From the sequence record SRR31156797_8254: a stretch of 20,000 nt of DNA. One strand, 5' to 3'. A program made the position numbers and the translations under genes. Each line of letters begins with the position of its first letter. Position 1 is the first letter of the stretch. The notes below the pieces were generated by a model. It did not search any database, had not been told where the DNA came from, and saw only the letters and a list, made by a program, of their open reading frames with translations. Below are positions 1-8,700 of the stretch, piece by piece.

Positions 1-638
1 ATGAAAAAAAAATGAAATCTATAAATCTTTTAGTTGATCAAAATATACCAGAATGGAAAAGAGAAAGTTTAGAAGTATTAGGTTTTATAGATAATATTAT
101 TCAAATGAATTCAAGTAAAATGAGATTTGAAAACTTGATAGTAATTGATAATCTTTCTGATGTTAATAATACTTTACATAATAAACCAATCTATTGGTTG
201 AATAACTTTTTTTTAAATTATAGAACAAAGGAAGAATATAACTATAAAAAAATCTATATTTCCAGACAAAAAGCAAATTATCGAAAGATTCTTAATTCTA
301 GTGAAGTTGAAGAAGTCGTAATAAAAAATGGATTTCAGATTGTCTATCTTGAGGATTATTCAATTGAAGAAAAAATAAATATGTTTAAAGGTGCAAAAAT
401 AATACTTGCTCCACATGGTGCAGGATTAACGCATTTAGTTATGTCGAAAAATGTTAAAGTTATCGAAATATTACCTGAAAAGCTTCACTTTACCCATCAC
501 TATTATGTATTGTCATGTATATTGGGTCACAATTATAATTTTATGACAGCCCCTCTTATATCAACAGGTAATGATTATGGTAGAGGTGATTATTTTGTTA
601 ATATTGAATCTCTGAAAAAGCTAATAAAGATAAGTTGA
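1..638 (+). CDS. Glycosyltransferase family 61 / DUF563 protein, probably 5'-truncated by the window edge
   Basis: Motifs KIYISR...RKILN, LEDYSIEEKINMF, APHGAGLTHL and KVIEI are typical of GT61/DUF563. The frame is open upstream of ATG 12 (gaa aaa aaa), so the true start likely lies before the window. Confidence 0.8.
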   Translation, partial: EKKMKSINLLVDQNIPEWKRESLEVLGFIDNIIQMNSSKMRFENLIVIDNLSDVNNTLHNKPIYWLNNFFLNYRTKEEYNYKKIYISRQKANYRKILNSSEVEEVVIKNGFQIVYLEDYSIEEKINMFKGAKIILAPHGAGLTHLVMSKNVKVIEILPEKLHFTHHYYVLSCILGHNYNFMTAPLISTGNDYGRGDYFVNIESLKKLIKIS

Positions 639-648
639 AAACTAAATA

Positions 649-2091
649 ATGAAGATTTATAAAGATGCTTTGACTGGTGCATTCTGGCTCTTGCTAATAA
701 GAGTTATAAGTATGCTGTTATCTTTTACTTCATCAGTCATCTATGCTAGATATTTAAATCCAGGTGTATTTGGGTTAATTGGAATAGGGCACATTGTAAT
801 TAGTTTAACTAATTCTTGTTCTCAGATGGGCATAAAAGAGGCTTTGATTCAAAAAAACGGTTCAATTGATAATTACCTTGATGTCGGTTGGACGATGCAA
901 TTGATAAGAGGTATAATTCTCTATCTCATAATGTATATTCTATCACCAGTGGTGGCTACGTATTTTAATGCACCTAGCTCTGTTTGGATAATTCGTCTAT
1001 TAGGACTTACAATTCTGATTAATTCCTTTGATAGTATTAGAATTGTTTATTTTATTAGAAATCTAGACTTCTCTAAGCGATTTATTTTTGAAGTATTGCC
1101 AACTTTATTGAGTGTTATTATAGGTATATTCATAGTTGTAATTTATAAGAATATATGGGGTTTGGTTGTTAGTAGCCTAATAAGATCTATAATTCAATTG
1201 TTTGTATCATACTATATAGCTAATTACATACCTAAGCTGCGAATGCATAAACATGAATTTTTGAAAATATTATCATTTGGCAAATGGTTGTTCCTAACAG
1301 GGATACTGTTTTTTATTACATCGAGATTTGATAATGTCATAGTTGGAAGGTATTTAGGTGTAGTATCTCTAGGTATATATAGCTATTCATTTAACTTTGT
1401 GGATAAAAGTATAGTTCAAGGTTCAAAAATAATTAGTAGCTTAACATTTCCAATTTTTTCAAAAGTTCAAAGCGATAGATCAAAAATAGCAAAAGGTTTA
1501 TATCTGTCAATTGATGTGATTAACTTAGGCTTATTATACGTGGTGGCAGGTATTTTAGTATGTTACCGAGATTTTGTTCTATTATTGTTAGGAATGAAAT
1601 GGTTTGATACAATTTTAATAGTTAAAGTATTGTCAATTTCATCTTTAATTTCAACATACAGAAGTATTGCAGTTTATATTTCATTAGGAAAGACAAAATT
1701 TCAATTTATCTTTGAGTTATTTAGAGCATCAACTATGGTCTTTTTTATGTATGTTTTATTCAGATTTGAAATGCTAGGTGTTTCTATCGCAGTATTACTA
1801 GGTAATTTTGTGGCAACTCTTGCATGGTTTATTAGTTTGAAGCTGTATATAGATATCAGGTATCGAGATATTTTATTTCGATTTTTTATCTCAACTGTTA
1901 TATGTTGTATAACTGTATGTTTGTCCAATTTTATTCAGCTTATATTGGTTTTACCTCTAGCTTTTAATTTTATTTTTTCAATTTTTAATGTTACAATAAT
2001 TTTTTTCGCAATAAATTATTTGTTATATAAGTTTTTAAATTTAGGTCCTATTGGAAATGTTTTAATTTTTCTGAAGAAAACAAAAAATTGA
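649..2091 (+). CDS. wzx: Polysaccharide flippase (Wzx, PST/MOP superfamily, WzxC-like)
   Basis: 480 aa, highly hydrophobic with many predicted TM segments. Motifs ARYLNPGVFGL, GIKEALIQ, DNVIVGRYLGVVSLGIYS and LTFPIFSKVQ match PST-family flippases. Confidence 0.88.
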   Translation: MKIYKDALTGAFWLLLIRVISMLLSFTSSVIYARYLNPGVFGLIGIGHIVISLTNSCSQMGIKEALIQKNGSIDNYLDVGWTMQLIRGIILYLIMYILSPVVATYFNAPSSVWIIRLLGLTILINSFDSIRIVYFIRNLDFSKRFIFEVLPTLLSVIIGIFIVVIYKNIWGLVVSSLIRSIIQLFVSYYIANYIPKLRMHKHEFLKILSFGKWLFLTGILFFITSRFDNVIVGRYLGVVSLGIYSYSFNFVDKSIVQGSKIISSLTFPIFSKVQSDRSKIAKGLYLSIDVINLGLLYVVAGILVCYRDFVLLLLGMKWFDTILIVKVLSISSLISTYRSIAVYISLGKTKFQFIFELFRASTMVFFMYVLFRFEMLGVSIAVLLGNFVATLAWFISLKLYIDIRYRDILFRFFISTVICCITVCLSNFIQLILVLPLAFNFIFSIFNVTIIFFAINYLLYKFLNLGPIGNVLIFLKKTKN

Positions 2092-2218
2092 AAAACTATA
2101 TTGATGGAATTTAGGTACATTAATAAATGTTCAATTGTAAAGAATATATTCGAGATGTTATCATTGTGTTTAAATTTCAGTTGTTCAAATTGTAAAACTA
2201 TTGTGGAGAATGATTATC

Positions 2219-2755
2219 ATGAAAATTAAAAGTAGTATTAAAAAATTATTAAAGAAAGCTAATCTATATCATGAAAGATTTAATATAGAAATTGTGAAAA
2301 AAAGTGTTGAAACATTTGATAAGACAAAATATAAGGGAACAGATGTAGATAAAATAAGAGAGGTTGTACATGTTGATCATCCAGAAACTAGGATTGGGAA
2401 ACTAGAATTTGGAAAACATATTAGTATAAGAAATACGATTATACTGGATTTAGTTGGTGACATTACTATTGGTGATTACTGTATATTTTCTGATAATGTT
2501 GCAATAATGACACATGATCACCAGATTAAGGAAAAAATAATAATATTAGCTAATGATGAAACCAAAGGTGTTAACTGGAGTTCAATAGAGATTGGAGAGG
2601 ATGTATATTTTGGAATGAACTCTATAATTACAAAGAATGTAACTAAGATACCTAGAGGAGTAGTCATTGGAGCTGGTTCAGTTTTAACGAAAAATCCATC
2701 TGAATATGAGATCTGGGCGGGAGTACCTGCTAGGAAAATTGGCGAGAGGAAATAA
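2219..2755 (+). CDS. Hexapeptide-repeat (left-handed beta-helix) acyltransferase, likely sugar O-acetyltransferase
   Basis: ITIGDYCIFSDNVAIMTHDH, IEIGEDVYFG, VIGAGSVLTK and C-terminal WAGVPARKIGER are MAT/LbH-family motifs. ATG 2219 is preferred over TTG 2201 because GGAG at 2205-2208 precedes it. Confidence 0.85.
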   Translation: MKIKSSIKKLLKKANLYHERFNIEIVKKSVETFDKTKYKGTDVDKIREVVHVDHPETRIGKLEFGKHISIRNTIILDLVGDITIGDYCIFSDNVAIMTHDHQIKEKIIILANDETKGVNWSSIEIGEDVYFGMNSIITKNVTKIPRGVVIGAGSVLTKNPSEYEIWAGVPARKIGERK

Positions 2756-3074
2756 GAATAGTCATGTGACATATATATTGTTTAAATGATAAATTAAAGT
2801 GTATTTTTGTTATGATGATGTCTATAAATTATTTTGGAAGGCTATTTAAAGTTGAAAAAAGGATATCTTGTGTGGAGTTTATAGAAGTCAAGACAGAAGT
2901 CAACCTGTGAAAAGAGATCTTTTTTAGCAGTGTTGATCATGAGTCTTGATAAAAGTCATTATTGAGAATTGGTTTATATTAAAAAAAATCAAAATTTGGA
3001 AAAGAGTGGGCCGAAAGATTCTTCAGTATGCCCCTTATGAATTAACTTCTTGTTTTAGAAAAGGTAATTAACTA

Positions 3075-4883
3075 ATGTGTGGAATTTCAGTTATCTTATC
3101 AAAAAAAGATATTGATGAAAATGTTTATTTGAAATCATTAAAAATCATCAATCATAGGGGACCTGACAGCTCCGATCAAAAAATAGTTAGGAAAGACAAT
3201 TATAACTTAGCTTTAGGACATAATCGTTTATCAATCATTGATTTATCAGAGTCTGGCAATCAACCGATGAGTTATTCAAATGGGCGATATACAATAGTTT
3301 TCAATGGTGAAATTTATAATTATTTAGAGCTGCGTAACATACTGTTAAGTTATGGATATCAATTTAAAAGTACTTCAGATACTGAAGTATTATTGGCGTG
3401 TTTTCAGCAATGGTCTGAGAATATGTTAAATAAATTGAATGGTATGTTTGCATTTTGCATATTTGATAAAGAAGATGATACTTTATTTATTGCACGTGAT
3501 AGATTCGGTATTAAACCACTCTACTACAAATATAAAGAAAACTATGAACTCAAAATAGCCTCCGAGATAAAGCAACTCATAATTAATGAGAAGCCTAAAG
3601 TGAACTGGGGAATTGCATCTTCATTTATTGCACATAGAGAATTTGAATATAACAATGAAACATTCATAGATGGAGTCTATAAGGTATTACCTGGTGAGTG
3701 TATTAATGTAAATCTCCAAGAAGTTAAGATGGTTAAAAAGCCCTGGTACAGTGGGCTCTCTAATAATATTAATTATAGTAATTATGAATTTTCAGATGTT
3801 GTAAATGATTTTTCTGAAATTTTTAATGACTCTGTTCGTTTGAGACTAAGATCTGATGTCGAAGTAGGTTCTTGCCTGTCAGGAGGGCTAGATTCATCTT
3901 CAATCGTATGTACAGTGAACAATATATTAAAGGAAAGTAATAGAGGTCACATTCAGAGTACGTTCTCATCATGTTTTAATGACAAAAAATATGATGAACG
4001 TGAATATATTGAAGCTGTTACTTCGCATACAAATACTACAAGTCATTATACTTTTCCTAATCTTAAAGATTTTTGGAAAAAAATGGATCAAATAATTTGG
4101 CATCAAGACGAACCTATATGGTCAACAAGTTTGTTTGCTCAATGGCATGTGTTTGAATTGGCAGCTAAAAACAATGTAAAAGTAATGTTAGATGGGCAGG
4201 GTGCAGATGAAATATTGGTTGGTTATACAAATATGTTTACATCAGCTGCAGTCAAAGGATTAATAACCGGATCTATTTTGAATAGAATTAAATATTCACC
4301 TTATCAAATAAAAACTAGCCTATCACAACTTAGACATAAAAAATCTTACAATTGGCTAGAGAAGGAATATAAGGGTATTTTAAAAGAAAAATTCAATCCT
4401 CAACAATGTAATTCAGTAAGAGAGCTATCTAAAGAATTAATTCTTCGATATCATTTGCCAGCTCTCTTACATTATGAGGATCGTAATTCTATGGCTCATT
4501 CAGTTGAATCAAGGGTACCTTTCTTGGATCATAGACTAGTTGAATATGCTATAAATTTACCGGATAATTATAAGTATTCGAAAGAAAGCAGTAAGAGAAT
4601 ACTTCGAGAGTCAATGAAAGGTATTATTCCGAATAAAGTTTATAATAGGAAAGATAAGATGGGATTTGTAACTCCCCAACAGAACTGGATGTTTGGTGAG
4701 CATAAAAACGATTTCCGCGATCATCTAAAGGAAACAGTATCTCTTAAGCCTTTCAATTCTGAAAAAATAATACAGTGGTTCGATGATATGTCTGATGGGC
4801 GTGTTCCATTTGATAATACAATCTGGAGAATAATATCATTTGGAAAATGGCACAAGATTTTTAACCTTGAGACTGACATATAA
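3075..4883 (+). CDS. asnB: Asparagine synthase (glutamine-hydrolysing)-like amidotransferase, polysaccharide-associated
   Basis: N-terminal MCG (Ntn nucleophile Cys2), HRGPD, GHNRLSIIDL, FNGEIYNY, RDRFGIKPLYY, LSGGLDSS, DGQGADE and ESRVPFLD motifs. Its position in a glycan cluster suggests uronic acid amidation. Confidence 0.93.
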   Translation: MCGISVILSKKDIDENVYLKSLKIINHRGPDSSDQKIVRKDNYNLALGHNRLSIIDLSESGNQPMSYSNGRYTIVFNGEIYNYLELRNILLSYGYQFKSTSDTEVLLACFQQWSENMLNKLNGMFAFCIFDKEDDTLFIARDRFGIKPLYYKYKENYELKIASEIKQLIINEKPKVNWGIASSFIAHREFEYNNETFIDGVYKVLPGECINVNLQEVKMVKKPWYSGLSNNINYSNYEFSDVVNDFSEIFNDSVRLRLRSDVEVGSCLSGGLDSSSIVCTVNNILKESNRGHIQSTFSSCFNDKKYDEREYIEAVTSHTNTTSHYTFPNLKDFWKKMDQIIWHQDEPIWSTSLFAQWHVFELAAKNNVKVMLDGQGADEILVGYTNMFTSAAVKGLITGSILNRIKYSPYQIKTSLSQLRHKKSYNWLEKEYKGILKEKFNPQQCNSVRELSKELILRYHLPALLHYEDRNSMAHSVESRVPFLDHRLVEYAINLPDNYKYSKESSKRILRESMKGIIPNKVYNRKDKMGFVTPQQNWMFGEHKNDFRDHLKETVSLKPFNSEKIIQWFDDMSDGRVPFDNTIWRIISFGKWHKIFNLETDI

Positions 4884-4902
4884 AATTATATAAGGATATA
4901 AT

Positions 4903-5793
4903 ATGGATAGACCAACTGTTAGTGTTATTATTACAACATTTAATAGAGAAAACATGGTTATTGATACAATAAATAGTGTCTTGAATCAAGATTTTCAAGA
5001 TTTTGAAATTATTGTTGTTGATGACTGTTCGTCAGATAATACATCTGAATTGTTTAACGATGATTTAGATCCAAGAATCAAATACTATCGACATGAAAAA
5101 AATAAAGGTGTTCAGTTTTCTTCAAAAACTGGCTTTTCACATTCCAAGGGTAAATATGTAGCATTTATTGGTGATGATGATATATGGACAAAAAACTACA
5201 AGCTTCGCAAACAAGTTGAGATACTTGATAATGATACTGAAAACCGTATTGGTATAGTTACAACTTCAGTAAAAGTTCTGCAAGATGATCATGAATTCGT
5301 AAGGATTATAAAGCATCCTAAAAATATTATAAAACACTTGTTAAAAACGAACGGGATAATTTATGGATCTTGTGCATTATTAAGGAGAGATGCATATATC
5401 AAAGCAGGTGGTTTTGTTGAGGAATTGCCAAAGGGAACGGATTCTGATGTTTTTAGACGTATTGTATTGCTAGGTTATGATGTACATTTTATTGAAGAGG
5501 CAATGGTTGATTATAATGAGATTAACCAAGATCGAATGACCTTACTCAATGAAAAGGGAGTTATGAGGTCTATTCAAGGATTAAATTATATCTTTAAAAC
5601 ATATTCTCACTACCTTGATCTCTATCCTTCTGTTAAATCATATAGATATTATTGGCTTGCTAATATGTATTCAAAATTATTTCAATTAAAGAAAAACTAT
5701 TATATTATTAAAACAGCAAAGAGAATGTATTTTAAGAGTTGGTGTTGTTATCCAATGAATATAAAAGCTTTATATAAATTCCTTTTTACGTAG
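4903..5793 (+). CDS. Glycosyltransferase family 2
   Basis: VSVIITTFNR, EIIVVDDCSSD, NKG and AFIGDDD (DxD) GT-A motifs. Confidence 0.92.
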   Translation: MDRPTVSVIITTFNRENMVIDTINSVLNQDFQDFEIIVVDDCSSDNTSELFNDDLDPRIKYYRHEKNKGVQFSSKTGFSHSKGKYVAFIGDDDIWTKNYKLRKQVEILDNDTENRIGIVTTSVKVLQDDHEFVRIIKHPKNIIKHLLKTNGIIYGSCALLRRDAYIKAGGFVEELPKGTDSDVFRRIVLLGYDVHFIEEAMVDYNEINQDRMTLLNEKGVMRSIQGLNYIFKTYSHYLDLYPSVKSYRYYWLANMYSKLFQLKKNYYIIKTAKRMYFKSWCCYPMNIKALYKFLFT

Positions 5794-5807
5794 AAGTAGG
5801 TGAAAAT

Positions 5808-6863
5808 ATGTATAGAATAGGATTAGTCGGATGTGGAAGGATTGCTAAAAGACATTCAGAGCTGCTAGGAAATGGACAAATAAGTAATGCAGAATTAGCT
5901 GCAGTATGTGATATCGATGAGAATAAAGCGAAGCTAATAGGCGATGAGTTTTCTGTTCCTTATTATACTGATATGAATTTGATGATGCAGAATGAAGATA
6001 TCGATTGTGTTTCAGTACTTACAGAGAGTGGTAACCATGCAAGGCATACCATCGAACTGGCAAAGTATGGCAAACACATTTTAGTTGAAAAGCCAATGGC
6101 TCTAACACTTGATGACGCTGATAAAATGATTCGTGAGTGCGACAAATTTGGGTGTCGTCTGTTTGTTGTAAAGCAAAATCGCTTTAATGTCCCGGTTCAG
6201 AAGCTGAAAGAAGCAATTGATGAAGGAAAATTCGGTAAAATGACTCTGGGTACTGTACGTGTTCGCTGGTGCAGACCCCAGGACTATTATGATAGAGATG
6301 ACTGGCGTGGTACATGGGCTTTAGATGGAGGCGTTTTGACGAATCAGGCCAGTCACCATATAGATCTTCTTGAGTGGTTGATGGGTGATGTGGAGAGTGT
6401 CTTTGGTAAGAGTATAACGTCTCTTGCAGATATTGAAACAGAAGATACCGCAGTGGTTACAGTGAAATTCAAAAGTGGTGCGTTGGGGATTATTGAGGCG
6501 ACAACGGCGACTAGGCCTAAAGATATTGAAGGGTCTGTCTCAATATTAGGAGAAACCGGTACTGTCGAAATTGGAGGCTTTGCCGTTAACCAGTTGAAAA
6601 TATGGAATTTTACTGATGAAGTACAGGATGAAGAGATATTTTCTAAGTATTCGGTAAATCCTCCTGATGTATATGGTTTCGGTCATAAAACTTATTACAA
6701 CCATGTTATCGATTGTCTGGAGAACAATAAACAACAACTCGTTGATGGCTTGGAAGGAAGAAGAAGTCTCGAACTTATAATGGCTATTTATGAATCAATC
6801 GAAACAGGTAAAGAAGTTTTTCTTCAATTTAAACCCAATAAATGTAGATTAGGAATGAAATGA
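5808..6863 (+). CDS. wlbA: Gfo/Idh/MocA oxidoreductase, WlbA/WbpB-like UDP-GlcNAcA 3-dehydrogenase
   Basis: Rossmann motif GLVGCGRI, VEKPMAL, VVKQNRFN, VRWCRPQDYY, WRGTWALDGGVLTNQASHHIDLL and VYGFGH closely resemble Bordetella WlbA-type enzymes. Confidence 0.85.
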   Translation: MYRIGLVGCGRIAKRHSELLGNGQISNAELAAVCDIDENKAKLIGDEFSVPYYTDMNLMMQNEDIDCVSVLTESGNHARHTIELAKYGKHILVEKPMALTLDDADKMIRECDKFGCRLFVVKQNRFNVPVQKLKEAIDEGKFGKMTLGTVRVRWCRPQDYYDRDDWRGTWALDGGVLTNQASHHIDLLEWLMGDVESVFGKSITSLADIETEDTAVVTVKFKSGALGIIEATTATRPKDIEGSVSILGETGTVEIGGFAVNQLKIWNFTDEVQDEEIFSKYSVNPPDVYGFGHKTYYNHVIDCLENNKQQLVDGLEGRRSLELIMAIYESIETGKEVFLQFKPNKCRLGMK

Positions 6864-7591
6864 AAAATATTGTATTCCTCGGGGCTAAAAAAATTGGACT
6901 AGACTGTCTGTCTTTTCTGAATGTGAATAGACGCTCTTTAGATATTAATATTATTGGAGTGCTAACTAATGCTCGAGGTACGGCTATCAAGTCATATTGT
7001 GAAGAAAATGATATACCTCTGATTTCATCGCTAAGTGATTATCTGGAATTAACTAGCCCTGTGAATCTTGCTATTTCTGTTCAATATCATGAGATTTTAA
7101 AGAAGGTGCATATATGTAAAGCAGAGTTGACTATAAATCTGCATATGGCTCCGCTTCCTGAATATAGGGGCTGTAATCAATTCTCATTAGCGATTATTAA
7201 TGGAGATAGTGAATTTGGTACGACAATTCACGTAATGAATGAAAAAATAGATGATGGGGATATTATTTATGAATCAAGATTCTCAGTTCCTGATAACTGT
7301 TGGGTTGAAGAATTATATTTATTAACTGAGTCAAAGTCGTTGGAGTTATTTCGTAACTCAATAAAATCAATTCTTGACAGATCCTTTAAGTTAAAAAAGC
7401 AGGAAGAGTTCTTCGATACACGTTCAACATCTCTGAATTTTAGAAAAGATATAGAAAAAATGAAGTTTTTAGATCTTAATTGGAATTCTGAAAAGATAGA
7501 GCGCCATATACGAGGTACTTATATGCCTGGGTTTGCCCCTCCATATTTTTTAATAGCGGGGAAAAAAGTATACATAAAAAGGGAAGAGTAG
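6860..7591 (+). CDS. Sugar-nucleotide N-formyltransferase (formyl_trans_N family)
   Basis: SVQY...IL, INLHMAPLPEYRG (catalytic Asn/His), GTTIHVMNEKIDDGDII (catalytic Asp) and a short C-terminal IRGTYMPGFAPPYF. At 243 aa it is shorter than a typical Met-tRNA formyltransferase. ATGA overlap with the upstream gene. Confidence 0.85.
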   Translation: MKNIVFLGAKKIGLDCLSFLNVNRRSLDINIIGVLTNARGTAIKSYCEENDIPLISSLSDYLELTSPVNLAISVQYHEILKKVHICKAELTINLHMAPLPEYRGCNQFSLAIINGDSEFGTTIHVMNEKIDDGDIIYESRFSVPDNCWVEELYLLTESKSLELFRNSIKSILDRSFKLKKQEEFFDTRSTSLNFRKDIEKMKFLDLNWNSEKIERHIRGTYMPGFAPPYFLIAGKKVYIKREE

Positions 7592-7596
7592 GAAAG

Positions 7597-8700
7597 ATGG
7601 TTAAATTCCTTGATTTGAATAAGCAATATGAGACAATAAAAAAGGAAATTGATGAGGCAGTTGCTTCTGTTATAACTAATAGTGCCTTTATTGGAGGACC
7701 GTATCTTAAACAGTTTGAGGATGAGTTTCGAACTTATCTCAGCGCTGATTATTGTATCGGGGTGGGTAATGGAACAGATGCCTTGGAAATTGCTATAGAG
7801 TCTTTAAACTTACCTGAGGGAAGTAAGATTATTGTTCCGGCGAACTCGTTTGTTGCAAGCTCTGAAGCCGTTACCAGAGTTGGTCATAGTGTACTTTTTT
7901 GTGACGTTAGTACAGACGATTATCTGATCGATTATGCAGATCTTGAAAAAAGAATTACTCCAGAAGTTTCTGCTGTCATAGCCGTCCATCTTTACGGACA
8001 CCCTTGCAATATGGATGAGTTACTCAGGTTGAGAGAAAAGTACGGCTTTAAACTAATTGAGGATTGTGCACAGGCTCATGGAGCAGAATATAAAGGAAAG
8101 AAAGTAGGATCTTTCGGTGATATAGCTGCATTCAGTTTCTATCCGGGTAAGAACCTTGGGGCATATGGTGATGGAGGGGCTATAGTAACAAATAGTGATG
8201 AACTAGCTCTTCATTGTCGTAAAATTGCAAATCATGGTAGGGTTCAGAAATATAACCATGAGATTGAAGGTCGAAATTCACGTTTGGACGGTCTTCAGGC
8301 AGCGATCCTCTCTGTAAAGCTTAAACATTTGAATGATTGGAATGAAAATCGAAGAGAAATCGCAGATGTTTATATGAAAGAGCTTAAAGGTGTTGGGGAT
8401 ATTATACTTCCCCATTATAATTCGGAAAATACCAAAACGGTCTATCATTTATTTGTTGTAAGGAGTAAACAGAGAAATGAGCTTCAAAAGTATTTGAAGG
8501 CAAATGAAATTCAATCAGGAGTTCATTATCCTATATCACTTCCTAAACTGAAAGCTTATAGCTATATTTCTAATAACGAGTCATATAGAGCTGATACGAT
8601 ATCCCAAGAACTCATAAGTCTTCCTATGGGGGATCAAATTACTGTTGATGAAGCATTTCTTGTGACTAAAGTAATAAAGGATTTTTTCTGCAATGATTGA
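7597..8700 (+). CDS. DegT/DnrJ/EryC1/StrS PLP-dependent sugar aminotransferase (WlbC/WbpE/FdtB-like)
   Basis: GVGNGTDAL, VHLYG, IEDCAQAHGA, FSFYPGKNLGAYGDGG (PLP lysine), NSRLDGLQAA, VYHLFV and SLPM motifs. Confidence 0.93.
   Translation: MVKFLDLNKQYETIKKEIDEAVASVITNSAFIGGPYLKQFEDEFRTYLSADYCIGVGNGTDALEIAIESLNLPEGSKIIVPANSFVASSEAVTRVGHSVLFCDVSTDDYLIDYADLEKRITPEVSAVIAVHLYGHPCNMDELLRLREKYGFKLIEDCAQAHGAEYKGKKVGSFGDIAAFSFYPGKNLGAYGDGGAIVTNSDELALHCRKIANHGRVQKYNHEIEGRNSRLDGLQAAILSVKLKHLNDWNENRREIADVYMKELKGVGDIILPHYNSENTKTVYHLFVVRSKQRNELQKYLKANEIQSGVHYPISLPKLKAYSYISNNESYRADTISQELISLPMGDQITVDEAFLVTKVIKDFFCND

Noticed and set aside
1-15. A9 tract (4-12) after an ATG at position 1 as a possible phase-variation switch
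   Set aside because: A-runs are common at this AT content, the GT61 frame reads through it intact, and the upstream context is missing.
2086-2203. Spaced repeats as a mini-CRISPR array
   Set aside because: Repeats are too short and degenerate, and no cas genes are present.
2992-3045. Peptide KFGKEWAERFFSMPLMN resembling the IS3-family integrase 'AESFF' motif
   Set aside because: Only a few residues match, an in-frame stop lies just upstream, and no terminal inverted repeats or other transposase sequence are visible.
3075-4883. AsnB-like protein as a lasso peptide cyclase, with the ABC module as RiPP exporter
   Set aside because: It retains an intact Cys2 glutaminase domain, no B1/B2 proteins or lasso precursor are evident, and the context is polysaccharide biosynthesis.
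6860-7591. Housekeeping methionyl-tRNA formyltransferase (fmt) or PurN
   Set aside because: Too short for Fmt with its C-terminal domain, and it sits between sugar-modifying genes. A sugar N-formyltransferase fits better.
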